A stretch of 64,000 bases of DNA from Lepidodermella squamata (taxonomy: Eukaryota > Animalia > Gastrotricha). Positions 25,212-36,920 of the stretch are shown piece by piece. The stretch covers positions 2,232,001-2,296,000 of the forward strand of contig JBLDXI010000020.1 of the NCBI GenBank assembly GCA_047495785.1. The letters run 5' to 3'. Numbering within the stretch: position 1 is the stretch's first letter; every line of letters starts with the position of its first letter. The translations under genes and the position numbers were made by a program. A model generated the notes under the pieces. It was given only the letters and a program-made list of their open reading frames with translations. It was not told the DNA's origin and did not search any database.

Positions 25212-25490
25212 CTAAATTAATTGCATCCAATCTTCTTCCGAGGTAGTCTCGGTCACGACAAACGGCGGCACGAGATTCCTCAGTCTCCACGCAGGACAGT
25301 GTTCATCGAGGTATTTTCGGCTTTTCTTGTCGAACTTGCTGCCGCAGACCGTGACGTGGTTGATGTATTCAATCATGAGCTGGTTGCCTTCAAAGCATCG
25401 TTTGACGTAATTATTCGCCATTTTTTGGAAGGTCTCTGTGATACATGGTACGCCAGATATCGCAATTGTACCCGCATCGAAACCGAATAA
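25212..25490 (-). mobile_element. 3' remnant of a LINE related to the one at 16119-17400
   Basis: YINHVTVCG...LDEHCPAWRLRNL aligns with YVNYVCG...LADKCPAWHLRE at the C-terminus of the first LINE ORF2. Confidence 0.65.
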
Positions 25491-26761
25491 TAAAAAATAG
25501 CGAAATAAGGGAATACTCTATGGCAAACCATAGAGAAATAATGAATTCAAGGATCCGATCAGATTTAATAAAAGCTTGTAATCCTCAGAGATCCGCCACC
25601 TTTCGCTCAGGTTCAGTAAAATAGTCCGGATGGGAGCCGTAAACGGTCACGCCACTCCCAAACGCTTGATAAAATGCTTTATCGAGTACCGCAAGTAGCT
25701 CAGAAAAATGACTTGGGGTGTGATATTTAATCCGGTCGGGGAGAAGTTCAGTTGGTTCGACTCTTTTTGAAGCGGTCTAAAAGCCTTGCTAAAAGCGCCA
25801 TGTGCTGCACGTGCCGTGGAAAGGGTGAATACCAAGAAGAGCGTATCTAGTGAAAGAGGGTGGCTATAGTTCAAATAAAATTATCTCAGAAATATTCACA
25901 AATTACCACAAATTACTAAAGCAGTTTACTTCTAGAACTTTTTGGCATAATTTGGGATATTTTCAGGTGTTTTTAATTGAATTTTGCTAAGATTTCGATT
26001 GAACTTGCCACTCCATTTCACTTGAGAGGATAGCAATACGGTCTTCTTGGTCTTCAGTCTTCACCCTTTCCACGGCACGTGCAGAACATGGTGTTTCCAG
26101 ACCGTTCGAAAAAGAGTCGCGATGGCGCCTAAAATTCCTCACCGCATTTTCAGCGTTGGATGACCCTTCAACGAAGCAACACTGGTTTGGTACAGCAATT
26201 ACCAACGACTGATTTGAACAGGAATAGACGTTAAGCTTTATTGACCGACAAGATTTGGCATTTAGCTTGGGTTACATGCGGGTGGAATTGAGCTACTCAG
26301 GGTCATAATTCTACGACGCTGGGTTCCGCGCGTTTTACGAGAAATACAACAACGGGAGAAGATTTCGGACTTCCGAAAATATCAAAATACCAAGAAGGGT
26401 TGGTCGGTTATGTACCCTATATAAATGACTCCGTTAGGCCGTTTAAACGGAAATGGAGATAGTCATTGATTGGCGTCGAGTGCTTTTTTTACTGAAATCT
26501 GAAATCACTGGCAGCCCAATTGTAATAGCGTGGAAAGGCTCGAGAATCTACGAGAAAACGACTGGACCTTTGGGCGTTCGAAACTTTCTTGAAAGTTCGA
26601 ACTATAAAACAGGAGTTTTATTTCAAACCATGATTATTGAACAGAGCATTTCATAAAATGAAATACGGCTGCGCCACTGTCATTTTAATCGCTAAAGATC
26701 GCCCAACCTGGCGGAGGAAAAAGCGCAGAAAATGGAAAAAATCCAGGAATAAAATATGGGC

Positions 26762-27170
26762 TTACTCTACTACTCCAGACGTTGATCCGTTTACAGTCAT
26801 CGAAAACGTCATAGTTTTGCCATTCGGCCTCCGCTTTTTCCCTGTGATGCAAAACTGATCCTGGCCAACTTCAAAATGTATCTCAACACGATCAGATGAT
26901 GAAGACAACTAGAAAAAACAAGTGAAATTCCCAAATTACACTCAAACGGATTTTACCTTTGTGGTAACCTTGCTCCCGTTTACGTTAACAGCAAATGATG
27001 AAGGGTGCAATTTAACGCTGACCTTTTGACCACTCATCGCTTTCCACGTCCATTTTGTCGCTTCTTTCGGCTCGCTGAAATACAATTTTATTGAACCCGC
27101 CAAAATTTCACACCAATTTGACCTGATACCTGGTAGGTTTTTGATTATGCCGCTCGTCATCCTTCGCCAT
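26762..27170 (-). CDS. Small FAIM C-terminal-domain-like protein, paralog B (3 exons)
   Basis: Spliced product MAKDDERHNQKPTSEPKEATKWTWKAMSGQKVSVKLHPSSFAVNVNGSKVTTKLSSSSDRVEIHFEVGQDQFCITGKKRRPNGKTMTFSMTVNGSTSGVVE. It shares the phase-2 first intron (S|EP) with paralog A. Confidence 0.68.
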
Positions 27171-27588
27171 GCTGAACAAGAAGGACATTTTTCTGGTTTA
27201 ATAAGTTAATTATAGCGCGATTTTCCCGGCTTAAAATGATCACAACGATGTTATATGGGATCTTGCTTTTTTTATAACGAACATCCACCTCAATCGCATA
27301 CGTAATGAGCGAGAGTCAATAGACAAAAGAAAGCGGTTCCTTTTATATATCTTGACAAAAGGTGCTATTAATCGATGGCAAATGTGAGAAAATTTTCCGT
27401 TCTTTTATTTAATCGATAAAAACACCTTGAAATAAAACCATCGATATTCCGATCAACAGAGTTTATTGCGCGAAATTTAGTTATAGAAATGAACTGAAAA
27501 AATCAGCCGCTATATTCATCAAAATTCATAATTCGTGAGAAAAAATTGTTAGGTCATCGAATTTTATATAGAGGCAGATTATTTTATA

Positions 27589-27951
27589 TCACGGACCAGC
27601 GTGGCTAACGTGTTGGCCATTCGCGACTAGTTCGAAAAACCACTGCTTGTACTCTTCTGGAAATAGGCCATTGATGACCAGCTGATCAGAACCGTGGCTA
27701 AATTCGATTTTGATCGTATCATCAGACCGCTCAGTCGCTGACGGAGCCACCAAAACATCGTTTATCTTGATCTCATTCGTCAACTCGTTGAACTCAACTA
27801 GAGTTGATCCAGAGCCAGCTGAATCGTACTCCCATAGGTGAAGTTTACTTTTAACCTGCGAATTTTGGCCAGCTTTTCGCCTGAAAGTAACATAAATTAT
27901 TTTAAAATTTTACTAGTAAAGAAATGCGTACTCAGTCCTAAGATGAGGCAT
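27589..27951 (-). CDS. Small FAIM C-terminal-domain-like protein, paralog C (2 exons)
   Basis: Spliced product MPHLRTERKAGQNSQVKSKLHLWEYDSAGSGSTLVEFNELTNEIKINDVLVAPSATERSDDTIKIEFSHGSDQLVINGLFPEEYKQWFFELVANGQHVSHAGP. Phase-2 first intron, with the W...N...LVANG pattern shared with paralogs A and B. Confidence 0.68.
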
Positions 27952-28554
27952 CGTGTATCTGTTTTTTGTTCTATAGAAAAAGTGAAAAAATTATATAACT
28001 GCCACCGGACTGGGTGGAACCTGGTGAAATAGTGTAGATTTGCGTCATTCGTTGCCGTTGCCACGTGGCGCGCTGGTTGTTTACGTAGAAAAAATATAAT
28101 TAAATTATCGAATCAACCCTAGACGAGCCGGTATCGCAAAATCTCAGGTTTCCTGTCTATCATGAAGCCCGAATAAATTGTACCATCAATAATTCAAAGA
28201 AAAAGTCCTGGACGTAGCCTTGCCTTATTGCGTGGGGAAACTTTGGACGAAGCCATTTTTCTAAGATTAAATTTCATTCTTCATGCAGAAAATTCGAATA
28301 TTTTGGACCAAGCGGGAACGATAATTTCTGGTATTTTTTTTATTTTTTATTATTTTTCCTGATTTTTCTCAAAGCCCCTACATAACCTAACAACGATAAC
28401 GCAAGTTACGGTATCAATCAACTAAATTTGCGAAATTCCAATTTATTTACAACTAAAATACCGACGAAAATTGACAGAAAATTCGTTGTGACAAAAATTG
28501 CAAAAAATTATTAAAAAATAAATGCTAAATTAATTTTTCAATAATCGACGATAG

Positions 28555-31500
28555 TCAGGATTGATTACTAGTATGAGCGTTAACATCTTGATCTACTAAG
28601 AAATAAGTTTTCACAGGGCCAATTCCGTGTATGTTGACCAAATCCGGCCGCTCGTCCAAGTGATAGCCACCCAACACGTCGAGTATCGCCTTCGCCTCGG
28701 CTGAGACGTGAATTTTCATCGGCACGCCGGAGCTTTCAATGTACGACGTGTACGTAACAGCGGCACCGAAAAGGCAGTAGCGCGGCATTTTGAGGCCGAC
28801 CACGCCGGCCATCGCCGCGCCCGAGTGAATGCCGCAGCGGATGCGCAGTGGCGTGTTGGGTTTGTGGCGAATTTTGAAATTGGCGACGCATGTCATGATG
28901 TTGAGCGCGACGCCGGCTATTTCGCCGGCGTGGCGCAGACCGTTCCGCATCGGAAGGCCGGACGCGACCATGTACGCGTCGCCGATTGTTTCGACTTTGT
29001 AAACATCGTAGGAAGAGATTATGTTGTCAAATTGGCTATAAATTAAGACAAAAATTGACCAAAAATTAAGAAAAATATTCAGAAAAATCAAAGCTTGGGT
29101 ACCTGTAAAGGTCGTTGAGAAGGTCGACGATTTGCAGCGGTGTTGAATCCTGATAAATGCATTCAGTTAATCATTATATAGCCCTTATGTTGAACGAATT
29201 TAGCTAGCAATGAGAGTATTTTAACAGGGTATTTTGCTATGGAATTTATGGAAAAATCGAGTCAGTATAAATTTAGGGCAGTCTTGGAAACAGGTAAGGT
29301 ATTACAGACACAAGGGTTACAGGGCTACATCTAAAGCTTCAGCATTAGAATTTATCTAATGGGTCCTCCTCTTACTGAAACTACCTTCCCGGTGAGTGGA
29401 AAATACTTTGCTGTAGCAGAACCAGATATGCTTAAGCGGAATTTTCAATGGGCCTAAAACCTTGCCCAAAACCACTTTCGGAACTTTCAAGGTTGCCATG
29501 ATGGTTGACCAATATAATTCTAAATTTATAGTCATTGAATTTTACGTAAGACGTTGAGATCAATTCTGAAATCATGCTTTGCCTCAAATTCCTATTCGAT
29601 TTAATTAGGAGTTTTAAGAAGATTCTAGAATTTCAAGCATTCTTTCGCCAATGGAACTCCTAAATTTGTAGCGGTGTAGGTTCCGCTCACCGTAAGTTTG
29701 GTTCCGGTAAAAGATATTCCCCTTTATCTAAATATGGTGTTTCGAATTTCACATCTCTTCCTGGAATCTGAATTTTTTGTTATCATACCTAATCGATAGA
29801 TCCCACTATAAATTATGCGTATTTTGCGCTATATGAGCAGTCGCATAGTTACGCCTCAGCCTACGGAGCCATTATCGATTTGAAGTATCGATTTTACAAA
29901 TCAGTGATTTTTCCGAAATCAGCCGCCTAAATTAAATTAAATTAGTGTTGGAACCAAAATTTGGTGTTGCAAACCCTAATTAGTGTCTCGCATGCTATAT
30001 TGTAGGTCATTAACTACTTAAAGTGGGCCGCCGGGTTGGTTACCTAAAGGAAACCAGGTTTCAAGGTATCCTCAGCTGATCAAGTTAAAAGATTTTGAAT
30101 AGTTTTCACGAGATAATTTCTTTTAATATTTGATAGCTTAGTGTGCTGATTTTGATTTGATTTGGTATTTTTTTCAGAATAAATGAAGCCAGCGAAAGAC
30201 ACGTAAAATTGGTTGAATCATAGCAACTGTTAATTTCGCTTTTTGATTCTATTCAATTTGAATATTGATTCTTATCAATTCAATTCGACTTTCATCGACT
30301 TTGTCCCAAATTTTTTCACTCACGGAAGAAAGCGCAGTGAAGCCGACAATGTCGGAGAAGTAAATAGTGACACAGTCGTAAAACTCGGGATGAACCGTCC
30401 GCCCGGCCTTCAACTCTTCGAAAACCGATTGAGGTAGCAGTTTCGACAGCAAGTCTTCCGTGCGGTGCTTTTCAGCACTCAGCTCAGCCGTTCGCTTGTT
30501 CACAATTTCCTCCAACTTCTCAGCGTGCTTCTCCATAATTCGCACCATTTCATCGATTAGATTTGTCTCCCTGAAAGCATGCGAAAAAAACACATAAATA
30601 GGCACGAATAGCGACAAAATAATCAATAAAAATTCTTGTACACGAGGTAATTAAGCGTAATGATGCATCGGCACGACTTACTTTCCCTTGTTCATTTTGC
30701 GCAGCATCTTAGAAATAGCTGGAAAGTCTGGTCGGAAACTTGCGACTTCGTCCCAGCAAATTCTTGCGTAGTTAAAAAAATCAATATTTTGACATTTTTT
30801 CACTCGAAATCGTAAACAACTCACCTTGCGAGCTGGGCTAAATCTGTCATTTGTCCGTCGGCTTCGAAAAGATCTGGCCTAAAGGGTGGATACGTTCCAC
30901 TTTTCACCTTTTCGATAACAGCTGAAAAAAGAGAAATTTTGGAACTTGACTAAGAAAACTTGCAACTACTCACAGGTCTCTGGCAATAGATAGGATTCGT
31001 AAGGTTTTGATCGAGTGATAATTTCGTAAATGATGACACCAAATGAGTAAATGTCCGCCTTTTGACTGCCTCGTATTGGAGCTTTGTTCATTCTTAGAAG
31101 TTCAGGAGCAGTCCATAGCATCGCTAAAAAATTTATAAGTCGGTATATTCGCACTTGAATAAGAACGCGTTTTGCCTATCCGTACTTGGAATCGTACTTA
31201 GAAAGGGTTCCAGCAGCGGATAATTGAAAGTTTTTTGCTCAAAATGCTCTAGCTTGAAATGCTCATACTTCAACTGGTTGGAAAAAGAGATTCCAGTGGA
31301 CGAAATTTTAGGTGATGAAGGTAGGGGAAAACTTTCAGAAAGGTCAGGAAACTCAAGATTCAGTTCTATTGATAAAATCAAACAAAAATATGGTGAGGCT
31401 GGAACCTTTTTTTCAACCAGATGAAGTTCGAGCCTTACTTAGTTTCAAGCCTAGAGCATTTTGAGCAAAAGGATTTTCAATTATCCGCTGCTGGAACCTT

Positions 31501-34500
31501 TTGTAAGTACGATTCCAAGTACGCTCCAATCTCGGAAAAATAAAAAAACCCTCCTTAAAATAAAATTTAAATTTTTTTCCTACCATGAGCCGATGAAGCG
31601 CTGTGACCGAACCGTGAATCGGCCATTTCGTTGTGATGCCCGCCATCGTCGAGATGGAAGCGCTTTTCAATGGCCTGCAAAACAGCTGGCGCCACGTGAT
31701 TGCCAGTCGGCGTGGAGGATTCCTCGAACACCGGCATTGGCATGTTGGCAATGCGGCAGAACCACCGCGAGTCGACTAGAACGTTGTGCGAACTTAGTCG
31801 ACCATGCGATTTTATCGACGACTGGTGTAGAAACGTCATACCAGCGGCGATGTCGCAGGCGAAGGAGAGTTTGAACAGCCGGTCGAGTTGGATGCCGCGT
31901 TTGCGCAGTACGTGGGCTAGCGTGCCTTTTGAACAAAAGGCTTGGATGACGCAAAGCCGGCTCGGGTTTGTTGTTACAGCGATGAATGGGTTGACGTTAA
32001 CGTGACGTAAACTTCGCATTTCTTGCAACTCGGCGATGAGCGCTTGATCGAGGACGCATGTTGATTTTTTGAGGAGGCTTGAGTTCACGAAGTTCAGAAA
32101 TGGGCAAATTAAATATTATTATTAGGTGAAAAGGACACAAATCGATAAAGTGAAGGAGAGGAAAGAAAAGACTTCTCACATGGGTAAAATTCCAGAATTC
32201 AGCTTTCAGCACTCATCCCCGAATATTATTATTTTTTACCAAATTTTACTTGCGAAAATCTTTTATAGAATTTGTTTTGAAGTACAATAGTACCTAAATC
32301 TTCAATATTTCCTGATACGGGGAAAATGCAGGGGCTGAAAATAATTCTTGCAAATTAAGATTTTAAATTTTTGATGGATGCATTGTGGTTCCCAAGCCCC
32401 ACCCGACCAATATAAATAATTCCTGTACAGAACATTTTTTAAATAATTTTCGGAGCTTTGATGGTTTTAGGTTCAAATTGTAGGTTCAAATATTCTGTTT
32501 TAGATAGCTTTTAACTGAAAAGATTAAATTAAAATACTGCTGGAATCCTATTTAACAAGTGAACAGTGATGTTAGCGAATTTTCCAGAATTTTCAGAAAA
32601 TCGCCAACAGTAAGCTGGCTTGGAAAAGAAATATTCCCGGCTTTCATTTATTCTATTCCCCTAAAGATTTTTCAATTTCCAAGTTTTAAATAGATTTGAA
32701 CTTCGAACTTTGAACTTTGAACTTCGAAGTCTATTGTCTCAGCAGCCCTCGATTGAAATCTGAAGACTTATCAAAATCTCTTAATGTCAAAAATTTCGTT
32801 AAACCCCACCTTTCACTTGCCATTTGAAATCAGAATAATCAAGCTAATTTTGCAAAATTTTCCTTTTATAATTACCTGACGTATACTGTTTCACCGCGGA
32901 AGGTAGCCCGGACGAGATTGACGGAATCAGCACCGCCCGCCAATGATCCGTCTTGCCGTGAAGTACCGCCACTCGTTTGATTAGTTGACGTATCACTATC
33001 GTAATTCGTACCAGCCGCTGGGCCTGTTGCCGAACTTGCAATATCGCTGACTTTAGCCACGGCTGAACCTCCTAATAAAGCCGCCACCGGGACCTGAGAC
33101 GCGGCCTTACTCCTGCCTAATCGACTCGCCTCGTTATCCTGATTATACGCGAACTCAATCTCCTGAAAATCAGCTACAACCTCGGCAATCATCGCATTCG
33201 CCTGCTTTTTCATCTGCCGAATTTTCGCTCGAATCGTGAAGAATGAAATAATAATAACTAAGGATAACCCGACAAAACCGCCAATTGCAGCCCCGCTAAC
33301 TAGCCCGGCGTCGACAGGGGGCGGCGGGCAGTTGGACCCTTCAAGTTTGCAAAAATCTTCAACCGGAACTGCCTCGCCACTTCCGGGCCATGTTATCTTG
33401 CTGAGCTGGACAAACGAACCATTCGGTGCTAGTCTCAAAACTCGAATCATCTGATTAACGGGCGACGCTCCGTTGGTGCTAACGGCTTGAACGCTGGATA
33501 TTTCCAGGTCTTTTACAAAACGATCGCAAACATCGTCGTAGATCATTGACGCATTTGAGTCGAAAACTAAAATTCAGAAAAATTCAGAAAAAATTCAGGA
33601 AATTTTCAATAATTTACAGTGAAACGTGCTGTTGCAAAAGAATTCGCCGATTGCCAGCCCGGTTTGTTCAGACAACTGGAGGGCTTTTAGGGAGACGCGT
33701 AATTTATGATAAACAAGTGAATAAAAATCAATATCAGCATTGAAGGTTGACTTTTCTTGAATTTTCACCTGGAAGAAATCGGAAATTATTGAATAAAATT
33801 GAATTTTTCAAACAAATACCGGGAAAATTTGCTCGAAGGGTAGTGGTAAGCTTCGGGCGATCATCAGGCCCTCTCGCCCTGTCTTCACCAAAGCATCATA
33901 GGACCTCGCGACTAAATTGGACGATCTCAGCACCAGATAGACCTTGCCATTAACGTAATCAGCCTGTTTATCCGCCAGATCGGACAATTGCTTGATGAAG
34001 GTCAACATATCAGTCTGGCGGTCGAGCATGATGAAAATCACTGTGCCGTGACGGAGGGCTTCAACAGCCGCTGATTCACTGGCGCATAGCGATCCGCTTT
34101 GGAAGTAACCGGTGCAAAACAGGGTTCGGGTCAGGGTGACTTTAGTCCCGAATTCCTCCCAAATCGTCGCGTTTACGTCTTGAAAAATGTCCTCAAATTC
34201 AGCCCATATCGGCGTGGTTACAAAATGGTACCGCCTCCAGTTGTAAGTTCGCGTGAAGCCTTCGATAATTCGAACAACCGACCTAGCGCCTAGGCCGTCG
34301 AAAATCATCTGCCGCCCGCCGACCGGGTTGATGCCCCGCAGATACGCGAAATTAGGCGCCGAGTGGCGTTGGTAGCAACAGTTTGATAGGATCATTAAAT
34401 CCGGAAATTCCTCGAGTAATCCGTTAATTTCCGTACAGACATCAGCGTTGCATGACAACATGTCGACGAGCATGCGAACTGGAATGTCGCTTTGGTCACC

Positions 34501-34882
34501 CTCCATCAGGCCTTTCTTAAGGGTGCTGCTCGAGCCATTCAGCATGAACTGAGCTCGAATGTCTGGTAAAGGTTGCGAGACGTTGTAACCGTAACGGCGG
34601 TCGTTGAACGTCACCCTCGTTAAAGCTGTAGCATTTAGAGCGGCTCGAAAAATTGTATTAGCCTTAAAAAAAAATTAAATTAATTTTAAATTGAAAAATA
34701 TGTATTGCTATACTTACCAAATTTTGATCCATTGTCGTCGGAAAATCTGGCGGTAATTTTTCTGTTAAAATGGCGACTCGAACCGCCCGAGACGTTTGAG
34801 CCGTTGAAAGTCGCGGAAATGCCAATAAAAACGCAATTAAAACCACACCCGTGTGGCGAAAATTCAGTAGCCTTAATAACAT
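28555..34882 (-). CDS. Receptor (transmembrane) guanylyl cyclase GC-1 with degenerate catalytic Asn/Arg
   Basis: Signal peptide [22 protein letters not shown], divergent ANF-receptor-like ectodomain ([10 protein letters not shown]) and [21 protein letters not shown]. Kinase-homology domain [20 protein letters not shown] and LWTAPELLR, then a coiled coil. Cyclase domain [47 protein letters not shown]. Confidence 0.93.
29710..29925. repeat. Dispersed repeat (second copy ~35855-36055)
   Basis: Both loci share ctggaatct...ttgttatca..cctaa..atagatc..attatgcgtattttgc..agcagtc...gtatcgattttacaaatcagtgattttt. Confidence 0.7.
31181..31522. mobile_element. Foldback/MITE in a GC-1 intron
   Basis: cgtacttggaatcgtactta..ggttccagcagcggataattgaaa..tttgctcaaaatgctctag (31181-31250) is inverted at 31452-31522. 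Confidence 0.75.
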
Positions 34883-36920
34883 TTCATCCGCGAGATTTGT
34901 CAACTCCCTAAAAAAACACAAAAAATTGGAATATAAATTGTGATGGTTTTTCGTCCAAGTCTGCGATGAGTTCACAGTGTCTTAATTTGCGATGACAAGA
35001 CGGATGATGGTGAACATCTGCGTAAAGTGTATAATATAGGCATCTATTAGGAATAATAATTGCGCGATGGTCATGTTCGATTTTTTTTTTCTTCTTGACG
35101 GTGCGCGCCGTTGAAATTTGACGCCCTAGGTACGAACCTATAAGATATGACTTGCTTGTATTATAGCCTTTTTTCGCGCTTCGCTCGTCTAGTAGCCGTC
35201 TCTGGTGAACGTGACGCTCGGTGCATGAATCGTACCAGGCTTGTTGAAGACGAAAAATCTCGCTTTTCCTGTTGCGAATTCTGAAACGTGTATTACTCAC
35301 TCTAATTATTATCACCTGCCCAAAACGCGTAGAGAAGTTGCTGGAAAATCGATCGTGTTATCAAAGCTTTTTCAATTCCAATGAAACGAGAGAGCGCGTC
35401 GTCGAGGCATTCAGCATATCCTGCCAGCTTGTGGGCATATGAATAAATTCCACTTCCTTGAGTATATTTCAGATGTTCACATTTGGACGCCGTGGGCTAA
35501 TCATGCAAAACTATAAAAGCTTGGAAATAACCTAATTTCATTGTCTAACGTCAATAGGCTGGACACTGAGTCATGTTTTTGTGCGATAAATGATGTCTGG
35601 GAATAAAATGCCAGCTAACGAATAAAATCGAGGCATCCCTTTGTCATTATCTCGCACTTCAAAAACACGTCAGTTGGGCAGACGACAATACCGCAAAAAC
35701 TAAATTGCCTGATACAAAATGTTCCCGGTTCTTTGCGATTTCAGGTTTTTCGTTTGTTGATGGATACTGAAGAGCTCCCTGAACCTGGGATTTTTCATTA
35801 GGGTGCGCACTCTAAATTAGGGGTTCCAGCACTAAATTTGAGACTCCATAGCACTAGATTTCCCGAAAATATGTTTTTTCGAGTTTCAAAGTTTTCTCTG
35901 GAATCTCAATTTGTTTGTTATCAAGCCTAACCAATAGATCTTCATATTATGCGTATTTTGCAACTATAAGCAGTCAGTTTATATTTCAGCTTGCAGAGAC
36001 GATATCGAATCCAAGTATCGATTTTACAAATCAGTGATTTTTCCGATATCAGCCGTCGTGGAACCCCACATCGATAGTTTTCCTACGTAGCTTAGGGCGC
36101 CAGGTAGCTAAAATAAAAAATCCTAGGTTCAGGGAATTTCGATCGCAACCCGAGAAAACGCCGAATTCGCAAAGAATATGAAAAATTTCGGGCCAGGGCG
36201 CTTAAATTTAGAGCATACCTTTATATCATATCGCCAATCGTCTGTTATCTGTTCTTTGAGGTATTTGAAAGTTAGCTTCAAGTCCGACTTTAGAATGGTG
36301 CCGATTAGTTTGAGATCATTCCAAAGCGGTGAAAGCAATTCCGAAGGGCGAACAAAATTGCTCTTCAAAAACGTCCACTTTAGCCTCAATTTACCTGGAA
36401 TTGTGCCATTTAAAGTTATCCCCTCCACCTGGACAATTGATAGCTTTACGTTACCTTCCTTTTCATGTACAAATTTTGCCAAGATTCCGCTTGGGTGAGG
36501 AGATTCCCGGAGATTCCCCCAGGTGCAGAGGGGTGATTTTGGCTTTCTGGAACTTCTGATTCCAAAGATCACCAATCGATACTAGATTCGAATTCGGAAG
36601 ACCAAAATCGATAGTCTGTAGTCCCTTAGGTGACGAGTGATTTCCTAAGTTTTGTCTTCAAAAATGATGAAAATTCTCCAAAAAAGACCGAAGAAGCTAT
36701 GCCTCAACGAGGCTTTTCGGGTACGCCAATTCGACAACAAGCACAGTTTATTTAATTCCAGTGTCACTTTTTAGGTTTTTCCAACGAGTTGAGGATGGAA
36801 AGAAAGTAGAGTTTCGGGTTTTAGCACAAAAATAAGCCGGATAATTTACTCCAAATAATATTGAAAATAGTAGGCACAACAAATGAGTTAGAACCCTACT
36901 TCAATTGTGTATCGTCCTTA

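Noticed and set aside
32696-32728. 7-bp tandem repeat (ttgaact/tcgaact)
   Set aside because: Short intronic microsatellite-like run with no further structure.
28555-34882. GC-1 as a simple pseudogene
   Set aside because: No stops or frameshifts were seen in the exons read, splice sites are intact, and the other cyclase motifs are conserved. The loss is confined to the Asn/Arg half-site.
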